Assembly: GCF_001194135.2 (NCBI RefSeq)
Contig: NC_068988.1
Location: 63,012,984 to 63,059,073, forward strand
Reading direction: 5' to 3'
Origin: Octopus bimaculoides
Taxonomy: Eukaryota
DNA: 46,090 bases
In this document: in pieces, positions 11,018-22,718 of the stretch
Position numbering within the stretch: the first letter of the stretch is position 1
How the letters are laid out: each line of letters opens with the position of its first letter
Made by a program: the position numbers and the translations under genes
The notes under the pieces: generated by a model
The model's input: only the letters and a program-made list of their open reading frames with translations
Database searches by the model: none
Told to the model about the DNA's origin: nothing

Positions 11018-11136
11018 TCACAACAGCAAGAAAGTATGTACATGATCACCTTCTTTTACGAAACTTCATTGACTTTCATATATTTATATTGATATACATA
11101 TATATACGTGTGTTTGGGTGCGTGTGTGTATATACA

Positions 11137-11227
11137 TCTCTCTATATAAAGATGATGCGTAGTCTAGACGGCGTTTTTAGATTTCATTATTCTCTTTAAC
11201 CCGGGCTACGCCGGGTATTTCTGCTAG
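11137..11227 (+). mobile_element. Helitron 3' terminus (hairpin acccgg-gctacg-ccgggt, then CTAG|T), possibly a complete 91-bp mini-Helitron
   Basis: Hairpin at 11199-11216 and CTAG at 11224-11227 followed by T. An upstream A|TCTCTCTATATAAA at 11136-11150 resembles a Helitron 5' end. Confidence 0.8.
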
Positions 11228-12640
11228 TAATATATATATATACATATATATGTATGCTTTATGCATTTGTCAACGTGAGGAAAAGTTCAGAATACATGTA
11301 TTGAGCATTTCTCTCTCATCCACTATGCTATGACTTACTTTCTAACATAGAAGTTTAATGAAAAATCAGAACTCGTTATGTTGGAAGCGATTAAATATAT
11401 TTCTGCTCATAAGTTGTCAAAAGTATTCTATTGAACTCCACATGATAAACAAAAAAAAAATATTAAATAAAGATCCAGTTAAAGCTGAGTTTGAGAATAA
11501 TGAATGAAGGAAGTAAAAAATAATACCCTTTCTTCTGACACATTACTATGAAACCACCGACTACAATTTTATTGGTAATATTTTTAGATATTCTTTATAA
11601 AAGTTTTTGATATCTTTTAAGATTTTCTTGAATAAATTTTGATATTATATTTAAAACTGCAGCTACACATAAACAATATCTGCAATGGAAAAAATCAATA
11701 GCTCAATTCTTTTATTAACACGATTTTTCAGTAGCGTATATTTCTGTCAAAATATATATTGAATTACGCAACAAGTTTTTTTAATATTTAATTCCTTGAT
11801 GTCAATAGTTTTAACAAGTTAAAAGAACCACAATGGTTCACACCTTCGCAATGACATCATCCAACACTCTCAACATCAAGGAAATAAAAACCTTTTTTTA
11901 AAACAAATGTCATTGTTCGTCAAGCGTAGAAATTAAAAGGCTAAAATTCTAGTGTCAAGGGATTCAGATGTTTTTTTTTTTTTTAATGCTGAGCTTAGCA
12001 TATTCTTTTGTCAAATCTAAGTCGAAACTCCAAGTAAAGGAAGAATGAGGGAGTACAGAAAGAAAATAGTTTATCATTACTTTGCTATGAATATTTAATA
12101 AAATGTGTTCTGTTTCAGATCGTTATTCAGATTCAATATACGTTTATGCGTGTGTCTGTGTGTGGGTGTTTATGTGTGTCTTTTAAATATTTGCGGAACC
12201 AAAGTAATGCAAGGTATAAACAACTAATAAAACAGGACGATAGTTATTGCTTTTACCTGGTTTTTCAATATGCGAGGAAGTGTACATTTTGAAACCCGCG
12301 TCACACACGTGTACACGGAGACATGCACAATTAATCATCCATACATCCATACATATACACATACATGCATACATATGGATGTACCGGTGTGTATGTGTGT
12401 GTGTGTGTGTGTTTATGCATAAGTGTATTTAATAGAACTTATTATACTCCATTTGCTAGAGACTACGATTTCGTAAAAAGTGACCTGCTTCTTAAAATTC
12501 CTTTCGGTGACTACATAGATGTGAGAAAACTTAGACAACCTCTTAGTATTCCTCTTAAACTTGTATCAGTTGAACATCCATAATATTATAGTTTGGTGAC
12601 AATGAGGTAGATTAACCACATAGATGATATTCAATTTCAG

Positions 12641-12680
12641 TGAGTGGATTTGGTAGACGGAAATTGAAAGAAGCCCTTCG

Positions 12681-12715
<35 letters not shown>

Positions 12716-12917
12716 ATGTATATATGTCCCTCCAACATCGCTCGACAGCCGATGCTGGTGTGTTTTACGTCCCCGTAACTTAGCGGTTCAGTAAGAGACC
12801 TCGATATAATAAGTACTAGGTTTACAAAGAATAAGTCCTGGGGTCGATTTGCTCAACTAAAAGGCGGTGCTCCAGCATGGCCGCAGTCAAATGATTGAAA
12901 CAAGTAAAAGAGAAAAG
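12641..12917 (+). mobile_element. SINE family 2, 5'-truncated, with internal (TA)n
   Basis: gtggatttggtagacggaaattgaaagaagccc-(TA)n-..gttttacgtccccgtaacttagcggttc..aaggcggtgctccagcatggccgcagtcaaatga; aligns with 8137-8520. Confidence 0.88.
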
Positions 12918-13073
12918 CGAGAAAGATACACTGGAGAAGCACTCAAAGAACTTATTCAGTAATCAACAAGAAAATGCATCAGCTGATCCAGTAGCTCAGC
13001 CCGCACACTTAATATTGATTGAGGGTACAGCAGCGTAACCACAGTACAAGGTGCATCGATTTAAATATACTGA

Positions 13074-13282
13074 TTTCAAATGTTGGAACAAGACCAGACG
13101 TTTAAGGGGAGAAGCTGAGTCGATTATATCGACCACAGTGCTCAAGTGGTACTTTTCTCACGTCCCCTAAAGGATCAAATGTACAATCAACGTCCGTTGA
13201 ATTTGAACTCAGAACACAAAGACAGGCGAAAAACTGCTTGGCATTTTCACACGCGTGCTAGCTATTCTGACAGCACTCCGCC
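13074..13282 (-). mobile_element. SINE family 1, diverged near-full-length copy
   Basis: gtcgattatatcgaccacagtgctcaagtggtac..gaatttgaactcagaac..cagcactccgcc; colinear with 32762-32983. Confidence 0.78.
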
Positions 13283-13366
13283 TTCGTTCACATAATACAC
13301 ATCTATTTATCTATCTATCTATCTATCTATCTNNNNNNNNNNTGTGTGTGTGTGCGTTTGTGTGTT

Positions 13367-13397
<31 letters not shown>

Positions 13398-14069
13398 ATG
13401 CGTGTGTAAAGGTTATGTGTGTCGGTGTACATCTACATATGATCTGTCTCAGGAGAAGAATGCGATTGCATTATAGACACTGAGAAAGAAAGACAGACAG
13501 ACAGACAGACGTTGAATATCCGTTTGTGGAGATAGTTGTCTTTCAAGTTTGGATTTCTGCTCTTATTCCATCTTACCTTGTTAACAATAATTACGTCTAA
13601 TTACACTTTTAATGAACTACCAAGTGTTAAGGAAATTACATCACACATTCCTTACAACAATGTATAATTAGTCTTACACGACTAATATAATTAGATATCT
13701 TAAATTAACCAAATCTCTATAGGTATATGTCAACCCCCTAAAGCAGTGAGGAATTATTGCGCATTTATTCTACATCGTAGTAAAAGTACATAATTTGTAT
13801 TGTAAAGATATATTCTTGGGAATGCCATTTATTTAGAACTCATGCTAAAATAAACGATAATTAACGTGAAGACTCCAACTTGATGAACAAGTACAGCACG
13901 ATTTTAGAGACATCACACTATACACGTACTACATGTATTATACATGTACGCTTACACACACACACACACATACACACACGGCTACACACACACACACACA
14001 AACGCACATATATATGTATTCATGTACATATTCACGTGTATATTTCTACATATTTCTGCATATATATTT

Positions 14070-14106
<37 letters not shown>

Positions 14107-15439
14107 NNNNNNNNNNNNNNNNNNNNNNNNNNNNNNNNNNNNNNNNNNNNNNNNNNNNNNNNNNNNNNNNNNNNNNNNNNNNNNNNNNNNNNNNNNNNNN
14201 NNNNNNNNNNNNNNNNNNNNNNNNNNNNNNNNNNNNNNNNNNNNNNNNNNNNNNNNNNNNNNNNNATATGTATGTGTGTGTGTGTGTGTGTGTGTTATTA
14301 TTATTATTATTATTGAGTGAGAGAGCAATGCATGCCATCAAAGTGACACTGGGGTAAGATATACGAAGCCCATTATACCCATCATCACTACCCCTCTTAT
14401 AAGGGTACACCAGTCACATGCATCACAGCCATATGTGCGCGACATGGTGATCTCATATAAAGATATACATGTATATATATATATACATAAAAATATGCGC
14501 CTGTTTATATATATGTATATGTGTGTGTGTGTCTGCGTGTGTGTGTCTGCGTCTGTGTGTCTGTGTGGGTGTGTGTGTCTGCGTGTGTGTGTGTGTGCGT
14601 GTGTGTGTGTGTGTGTGTATAAAATAATAGACATCTAAATAATACCTTCAAAGTTTGGAGTAACTTATGAAGCCTCTTTGCCATCATTAAACGTGGCAAA
14701 ATGGCGGACAAATATTTCTGATATCGCACCGTCACCACTCTAAATTAACCAAGATAATGCAGTCTTAGATACACAATGTTGAATAGAAAATAAAAAAAAA
14801 AATTAATCAAAATCAAATGATGCAGGATGGTCAAGGTTTGGTCGTCTTTAATCATTGGTCTGCTTGCTCAAGAGCTGACCCGATGCTGTACAACAACAGC
14901 AGTACAACAATAACCAGTTTTGTTTATTGTTCATGTTTTCAAAGTTCATAGTCGACGATTTCTGCTTCTTTTTAAAACAAGATAAAATTGTTGATGTCGT
15001 AATTAAAATGACAAAGAACGGATAGAACAATGTGTTCCTGTAGTATGATTTCTTTCTTTCTTTTATATAAATAACATTTTTTTTAAAATATCGCTCCTTT
15101 TCTTTGTCATTCTCTCTCAATCTCTCTGTCTTTCTATTTTAAAATTTTAATTAAATCTTCTATTATTGAATCAATTATGCAAATATATTACAATGGACTG
15201 GTACAGAATTGATTTCTATTCAAATGCCAGACACGAAATATATGATCGATAAACTAGCTGATGTCATTCGAACTACTACCAATACTACTACTGCTGCTGC
15301 TACCACTACAGTTGCTGCTTTACTATAATTACTACTAACATTACATTTACTAAAACAACTGAAAAAGGATCAAATGTCCTTCTGAGTCATAGACATAATG
15401 CTGATATCCAGGATTTTCAAGCTTCTATGAGCCTCACAA

Positions 15440-15614
15440 CCATTGGGTAGCACACGGGCTCGTCGCCGGATTACTTACTGTGCCTGTTGAGCGGGCTCAT
15501 GGAGCATGAAATTTGGTACTTTGCTCGAGAACATAACGCATTGTGTCGAACATGAATCGAAACCACAATCTTCCGATCATCAATGGAGCATTCTAACCAC
15601 TAAGCTACACAGTC
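15440..15614 (-). mobile_element. tRNA-derived SINE family 4, diverged, with CORE-like segment
   Basis: Minus strand reads gtgtagcttagtggttagaatg (A box) .. gtggtttcgattc (B box) .. gttatgttctcgagcaaagtac (CORE-like). Confidence 0.6.
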
Positions 15615-15648
15615 TACACTATAATTTCGACAAATGATAAGAAAAATC

Positions 15649-15773
15649 ATTCTATCTACTATAGGCAAAAGGCCTGAAATTTTGGGGAGGGAGGACGCTA
15701 ACCGATGGCAACGACCCCAGTGCTCAACTGGCAGTTATTTGAAGGTTGCAAAGCAAAGTTCACCTCAACAGAT
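15649..15773 (-). mobile_element. SINE family 1, 3' part
   Basis: ctataggcaaaaggcctgaaattttggggaggg..gaccccagtgctcaactgg..caaagttcacctc. Confidence 0.75.
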
Positions 15774-15916
15774 ATTCTAAGTTCGAATTCCGGCGAGGTA
15801 AATTTTGCCTATCATTTTATGAGGGTTGATAAAATAAGTACCTGTAATGTATTTCATACTTAATCGACTAACATCCACCTCCAAGAATTTCAGTTCTTGT
15901 GCCTATAGCAGAAATG
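15774..15916 (+). mobile_element. SINE family 1, from the B box to the 3' end
   Basis: ctaagttcgaattccggcgaggt..gggttgataaaataagtacc..cttgtgcctatagcagaaa. Confidence 0.75.
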
Positions 15917-15921
15917 TTACG

Positions 15922-16081
15922 ATCATTAGAACGGGGGCGAAATGCTTAGCGACATTTAGTCCGTCTTTACATTCTGAGTTTAAATTCCGCCGAAGCTGAC
16001 TTTGTCTTTAATCATTTCGGATTCGATGGAATAAGTACCAGTGAAACCCTGGCATCGATGTAATCGACTCTCCCGTTCGCC
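15922..16081 (+). mobile_element. SINE family 1
   Basis: gggcgaaatgcttagcgacattt..ctgagtttaaattccgccgaag..gaataagtaccagtgaaa..atcgatgtaatcgac. Confidence 0.8.
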
Positions 16082-16083
16082 CT

Positions 16084-16380
16084 ATTATTATTATTATTAT
16101 TATTATTGTTCAGTAGTTTTATTTTTATAACGTGCTTTCACTTCACTACCGAGCGCAGCTCTGTGCGCCTTGGTTATGTGCAGTGGTTTGCTGTGGTGCT
16201 CTTATGTTTACCGTATTGAAAGTGTTTTGCGTAGAATGTGTGCAGTACCCAGTAGTGCAATTTTCTGTATGTTATATATATTTGTAAGTCCTGGTGTTTT
16301 TGTTATGTATTTTTTCTGAATATTTTTTTATTATACCTAAGGCACCTACTATGATAGGAATTGTTTCTGTTTTTAGATTC
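16084..16380 (-). mobile_element. 3' end of R4/Dong-like RLE retrotransposon (family A) with (TAA)n tail
   Basis: Minus strand reads NLKTETIPIIVGALGIIKKYSEK/YITKTPGLTNIYNIQKIALLGTAHILRKTLSIR*, then the 3' UTR and (TAA)n at 16084-16107. Same family as 4151-4391. Confidence 0.88.
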
Positions 16381-16900
16381 NNNNNNNNNNNNNNNNNNNN
16401 NNNNNNNNNNNNNNNNNNNNNNNNNNNNNNNNNNNNNNNNNNNNNNNNNNNNNNNNNNNNNNNNNNNNNNNNNNNNNNNNNNNNNNNNNNNNNNNNNNNN
16501 NNNNNNNNNNNNNNNNNNNNNNNNNNNNNNNNNNNNNNNNNNNNNNNNNNNNNNNNNNNNNNNNNNNNNNNNNNNNNNNNNNNNNNNNNNNNNNNNNNNN
16601 NNNNNNNNNNNNNNNNNNNNNNNNNNNNNNNNNNNNNNNNNNNNNNNNNNNNNNNNNNNNNNNNNNNNNNNNNNNNNNNNNNNNNNNNNNNNNNNNNNNN
16701 NNNNNNNNNNNNNNNNNNNNNNNNNNNNNNNNNNNNNNNNNNNNNNNNNNNNNNNNNNNNNNNNNNNNNNNNNNNNNNNNNNNNNNNNNNNNNNNNNNNN
16801 NNNNNNNNNNNNNNNNNNNNNNNNNNNNNNNNNNNNNNNNNNNNNNNNNNNNNNNNNNNNNNNNNNNNNNNNNNNNNNNNNNNNNNNNNNNNNNNNNNNN

Positions 16901-16938
<38 letters not shown>

Positions 16939-17428
16939 TTTTATTTTTATTCTTTCTTCAAATTTTCTTCCATTTCTCGCCGAGTGTTTTCCGTACACCT
17001 AGGGCAGAGAAACCCGTTGTATGCATTCCCAGTTCACACACGCAAATTCACAGGTAAAACATGTATTTAAGAAAAAAAAAAGTTCATGAATGGATGTTGT
17101 TTTCACAGCGATAATGTTCTGCTCATTACATGAGTCGTTCCAGTTAGCACGATTTTTTGCACTTCCTGTAGAGATGGTAAGCCTGGTATCATTTTCAAAT
17201 AGGTTTCAGTACCTTTTTTATCATTCCTAGAGATCCTACAATCACTGGTATGGTAGTCGCCTTGAGGTGCCACATTTTTTCAATTTCTATTAGCAAGTCT
17301 TTATATTTACTGATCTTGTCAAATTCTTTCGCCGCTATATTATGATCAGAGGGAATACTCATGTCAATTAATAAACACGTCTTCTTTGTCTGATCTTTTA
17401 TAATAATATCCAGTTTATTAGCTTTTAT
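16901..17428 (-). mobile_element. R4/Dong-like retrotransposon (family B): RLE domain, 3' UTR and (TAA)n tail
   Basis: Reads KANKLDIIIKDQTKKTCLLIDMSIPSDHNIAAKEFDKISKYKDLLIEIEKMWHLKATTIPVIVGSLGMIKK/GTETYLKMIPGLPSLQEVQKIVLTGTTHVMSRTLSL*. This is a (P)D..D..K..KY RLE catalytic motif. Confidence 0.9.
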
Positions 17429-17848
17429 NNNNNNNNNNNNNNNNNNNNNNNNNNNNNNNNNNNNNNNNNNNNNNNNNNNNNNNNNNNNNNNNNNNNNNNN
17501 NNNNNNNNNNNNNNNNNNNNNNNNNNNNNNNNNNNNNNNNNNNNNNNNNNNNNNNNNNNNNNNNNNNNNNNNNNNNNNNNNNNNNNNNNNNNNNNNNNNN
17601 NNNNNNNNNNNNNNNNNNNNNNNNNNNNNNNNNNNNNNNNNNNNNNNNNNNNNNNNNNNNNNNNNNNNNNNNNNNNNNNNNNNNNNNNNNNNNNNNNNNN
17701 NNNNNNNNNNNNNNNNNNNNNNNNNNNNNNNNNNNNNNNNNNNNNNNNNNNNNNNNNNNNNNNNNNNNNNNNNNNNNNNNNNNNNNNNNNNNNNNNNNNN
17801 NNNNNNNNNNNNNNNNNNNNNNNNNNNNNNNNNNNNNNNNNNNNNNNN

Positions 17849-17924
17849 CAAAGGCCTTTTTTATAATCGATCCATGAAGACCTGAGATTTCTGCGCTTGT
17901 TATGGCAGTTCTCAAGGATCATGG
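17849..17924 (-). mobile_element. Reverse-transcriptase fragment (motif A) of an RLE non-LTR element
   Basis: Reads MILENCHNKRRNLRSSWIDYKK(A)F with a 1-nt slip in an A run, matching the W-x-D-Y-x-K-A-F-D RT motif of R4/Dong-like elements. Confidence 0.75.
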
Positions 17925-18228
17925 ATTATTTTATGTTTGACTTTTCTTTTGCATTTGTACAAGTTGGATCCAAGTCTCACGCAGAGACCTCAAGAGACAA
18001 CAAGTTAGAAGTTCATGTAGGTGTTATGCCTAGGGTACCATATATTTGGATTTGTACATAGTGTTGTTCTAGAGAATGTTTAAGAAACCATTAAAAAATT
18101 ATGTGTTTGTTTTAAAATTTGAGATCATATAGAAAGTATTTTACGTAGGATATGGGCAGTTCCCATGAGCACTATATTTTGAACTTCAGCCATTTTGGGG
18201 TTTCGTGGTATCTGAGCTAGGTAGGGCA
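17925..18228 (-). mobile_element. 3' end of a third RLE retrotransposon (family C)
   Basis: 18223-18125 reads YLAQIPRNPKMAEVQNIVLMGTAHILRKILSI*, followed by about 200 bp of 3' UTR ending aaacataaaataat. The C-terminus is homologous to families A and B. Confidence 0.8.
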
Positions 18229-18474
18229 GTATTTAGTTGAAATTAGGTACAGCTATCTTTAAGTCGTTGGCAAACGATTTAGTATCCTTTCCCGAAATTG
18301 CAGGTATTTTGCCTTTCATCATTTGGCCTCTTCCTTTGCTTAAATAGTAATGTATCTATATATATTTCAGCAAATACTAATGCATTTACCAAAGAGAACT
18401 TGAATCTATCAATTCTAAACAATATTACTCCGAAAACACTAGTCAGAGAAAAGTTACACTTAGTAAACAATGCA

Positions 18475-18618
18475 CAAGAAGTTACTTTATACCATAACAT
18501 TCAACAAGAAGTTACTTAATATCATAACAATCAACAAGAAGTTACTTTATACCATAACAATCAACAAGAAGATACTTTATACCATAACAATCAACAAGAA
18601 GTTACTTTATGCCATAAC
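18475..18618. repeat. 30-bp minisatellite, about 4.8 copies (caagaagttactttataccataacaatcaa)
   Basis: Tandem units start at 18475, 18505, 18535, 18565 and 18595. Confidence 0.95.
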
Positions 18619-19421
18619 TTTTATATTCATGAGGTCGGAGTTTAGATCTCAAATCATATTATAATTTTCTTTTTTAGGTACATGGTATCACATTTGTCAG
18701 CAGTTGTGATCGTGAGATTCTATCAGTAAAAACGGAAGAAAACATCATATATATTTTCCATTAATCGAACGGAAAACCGCATCACTCCACTACATCAAAA
18801 TCTACAGTGAATTTAAGCTTTATGCTTTTCTGCTGATAGATTTCTCAAAATATTTGTCATGTAAGTTGTAATTATTTGGGGTTGATTGTTAGTGTTTAGT
18901 GGTGATGTTAGTGCTGAGAAACAGGTCTATGCTGATTAATGAAACTTATGATTAAATAATGTCTTATAGTCACAATCCTATTGTGACTCGACTGACATAC
19001 TACAAATATAAGTATATCCTCCAAAGCATATTCGTTGTGTGCTTAGGATATATTAGCTGTCTGAGGGAGATAGGGTTACTACTTCTAGTATGTCGATTAC
19101 TATCTAATCGATAGTTAGTGACCGTTTAAGTGGTAGAATTACGTTTCTATAATGCAACAGCCTCAGTGGGGAATCGAAATTGTGTCCGTGCAATCACACA
19201 CTGAGCATCTATCACTAATAACATTCATGATTGCAATAAACATTCGCCATGTTTCGGTTGAATGAACGAGAAAGCAAAGAAACTAACAACAATTTCTAAT
19301 AATAGCTTGCGTAATTAAGTTTCTTCGTCTCAGACTCACAGTTGTATATCATCCATCCGTGTATCTTCGGAATTAATTCGTCTGATTAAATTTCCATTGG
19401 ATTATATATGTGCGTATATGC

Positions 19422-19469
<48 letters not shown>

Positions 19470-19729
19470 NNNNNNNNNNNNNNNNNNNNNNNNNNNNNNN
19501 NNNNNNNNNNNNNNNNNNNNNNNNNNNNNNNNNNNNNNNNNNNNNNNNNNNNNNNNNNNNNNNNNNNNNNNNNNNNNNNNNNNNNNNNNNNNNNNNNNNN
19601 NNNNNNNNNNNNNNNNNNNNNNNNNNNNNNNNNNNNNNNNNNNNNNNNNNNNNNNNNNNNNNNNNNNNNNNNNNNNNNNNNNNNNNNNNNNNNNNNNNNN
19701 NNNNNNNNNNNNNNNNNNNNNNNNNNNNN

Positions 19730-19762
<33 letters not shown>

Positions 19763-20000
19763 GTAGGAATGTATATATGTGTGCGTGTATGTATATGACG
19801 TAACTAATGTGTAGAAATCATTTATCTTTTATAAGCTGACTTTATCTCATTTATTATCAATTCATCTTGATCTGATCCGTTTTGCTTTATAGATACACTT
19901 CGTCATCTGGGCGAATCTTCTTTCAATTTGATAGAGAAAACGTGGCTGCCGGTGGTGGTTCTGTTGTTTTTAGTGCTGCTGCCGCTGCTCCTGCTGCCGT

Positions 20001-20064
<64 letters not shown>
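20001..20064. repeat. (TAC)n microsatellite
   Basis: Perfect run, flanked by degenerate GCT/GGT repeats. Confidence 0.97.
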
Positions 20065-20639
20065 GGCGTTGATGCTGCAGCTCTTTCTGACGCTACTTGA
20101 TATGGTGCATGTAAGATGGCGATGGTGTTATTCCGTATATTGCCGTCTGGGCCACGCTCGTAATAATAAAATATATATTTTTTGTTTTTTTTTTGTTTTT
20201 TTGTTTTCTGTTGTAATTTAAAAATCAATCAAACCATGACACAAGCAAAACTAGAACACAAGCGCATATTACTGGAGGATACGAGTCTTTATCAAACGCT
20301 ACAATAATGTCTTTTACTTTACTTCATATTGATTCGTGTCTTACGAAATAACATTGTGTTTAATGTACAATCAGGAAACTCTAGTTATTATTCAATCATT
20401 TCTTTCATTTCTTCTTCTTTCTTTCATTCATTCACTTAGTTTATTTTCTTTATTTTTATAATTTCTTCTTTTTTTGTTCTTTTTTATTCATTTATCTATT
20501 TTTTTTTGTTTATCTTTTTACCTTCCTACAGTTATCGTAGATCTTTTGTTTCATAAATGTTGTTAATTATATATATTTTATTTTTCATTTAATTTCTGTT
20601 ACTGTTGTTTGTTTATTTCAGTTGTTGTGCTCCTCTTTA

Positions 20640-20940
<301 letters not shown>

Positions 20941-22631
20941 CTCCAGCACTAACATCAACGTCATTTTCATCATTTCATCATCATCCTCAACAACATCCTC
21001 AGCGCGGTCAACATCGTCGTCGTCGTCACCATCACAATCACCACCACCATCGTCATCACCATGATCATCATCGTGGTCGTCGTTGTCGTCATCATCACTA
21101 TCATCATTTTCATGATTATCCTTACTGCTGTTATTGTTGTTGCTGTTCCTGCTGTTATTGTATTCTTATTATTGTTATTAAATACTGTTTGTTTTTCCAT
21201 TCATCTTTTTGCATTACAATGTTTTAAGTCGCACGCTTTCAGGTTCCCAATGCAATGATAAATGAGATAACATGTGGCTGTAGATTTCACATATAGCAAA
21301 GACTAGTTACATGTTCCATCACTAGCTACCTGTGATTCTGTATACATATGCGTGTGTGCGTGTGTGAGCCTGGGTGCGTGTATGCGTATGTGTGTCTACA
21401 TACATATACACACACCAGCATTACCAGATTGAAGAAAATAAAAGGTATCAACTTTGGATCGTGAATTAGAGAGTTAATGCGGTGAGTTTATGGTATATGA
21501 AGAGAATATTGTCACGTGACAGTGGATCGTACACGGTGCATGGCAAAAGACTGTTGCGGTTCGATGCCATGGCCATAAAGGTACGCAGTGCTGGTTTTGC
21601 AGAAGCAATGTTTGTGTAATGTCCAATTATACCTGGGACTTGTTCTCCAAATCGCAAAAAGTTGTCATTCAATTTCCATGCTGGTACATCGGAAAATTAC
21701 GATTTATACTTCATCGTAACATCCTCATTTTGTAAATACTGCAACTCGATGTAATTATTATTTCCAGCCTTTTATGCGGTTACATTTTGGATGCCTGTCA
21801 GTCTCACTAAATCAGAATCTAACTAGCGATCTGCGAGTTATCTTATATAAGTTTCTGTGAAGACTTTGGCTCTGTAATTTACAAGACAATATAGCACAGG
21901 GCAGTTTCGATTTACGTACCTCTGCATTCTGAGCCCAGGTACATGTGTATACATGTGTCTCTGTGTTCCGTTTTATTCCAGAATTTCTTACTTGATTCAT
22001 CTCTATTTCCCCTTCACTTCTTTGGTCTCATAATTCTAATATAATGTCTATTCTTTCACTCTCTTTCTTTGTCAATTTCGTATTCGTTCTCTCCCGCTTT
22101 CTCTCCCCCATCTTTCATTCTCACTATCTTCTCGCTATTTTCTCATATTTTCCTTTTGTCTAGACCTTACTTGCACATCTATTCCCCAGAGAAATAGAGT
22201 CCGATTATATTGACATGTGATAAATATTGAAATATAGTCTTTTCAATGATAAAATATAAAAAAAAACTAATCCAAATCTATTTTTCTCGAGTGGGAATTG
22301 AACTTAATATCGATAACTACCAAAAATAGATATGTGAAATATCTTAACAAGTGGGATTTTTCATTCAAAAACAACGACTTTTGCCCAACCCTTTAATATA
22401 CTGATTAAATCTCACTGGCATAAGGCGTAGTATTATTTGACATATATTCAATTGAATAATAATTTTAATTGACAAAATCTGTTGTTCCCGAAGTCAGTGA
22501 CATCTGTCGCTGTCGCTTCTCTTAAATGAACTTGTCGTTTAAATGTCAGCCGTTGTTTTGAATCAATTGTGTTTAAAATCAATTGTGATGTATGGTTTTG
22601 AACAACAATCATTTCAACCACTACACTACAT

Positions 22632-22633
<2 letters not shown>

Positions 22634-22708
<75 letters not shown>

Positions 22709-22718
22709 ACACACACAC
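22634..22718. repeat. (CA)n microsatellite
   Basis: Near-perfect run. Confidence 0.97.

Noticed and set aside
12433-12583. Protein-like stretch TYYTPFARDYDFVKSDLLLKIPFGDYIDVRKLRQPL
   Set aside because: Weak splice sites and no recognised family; consistent with chance.
14697-14709. YY1-like motifs caaaatggcggac and aagatggcg (about 42235)
   Set aside because: Isolated short motifs with no supporting promoter context.
18475-18618. Regularly spaced ~30-bp repeats suggestive of a CRISPR array
   Set aside because: The units are contiguous with no unique spacers, and the context is eukaryotic.
18968-18988. Perfect hairpin agtcacaat-cct-attgtgact, and a stem at about 33715-33738
   Set aside because: Too short for a pre-miRNA, no recognised mature miRNA, no CTRR terminus after it; expected by chance.
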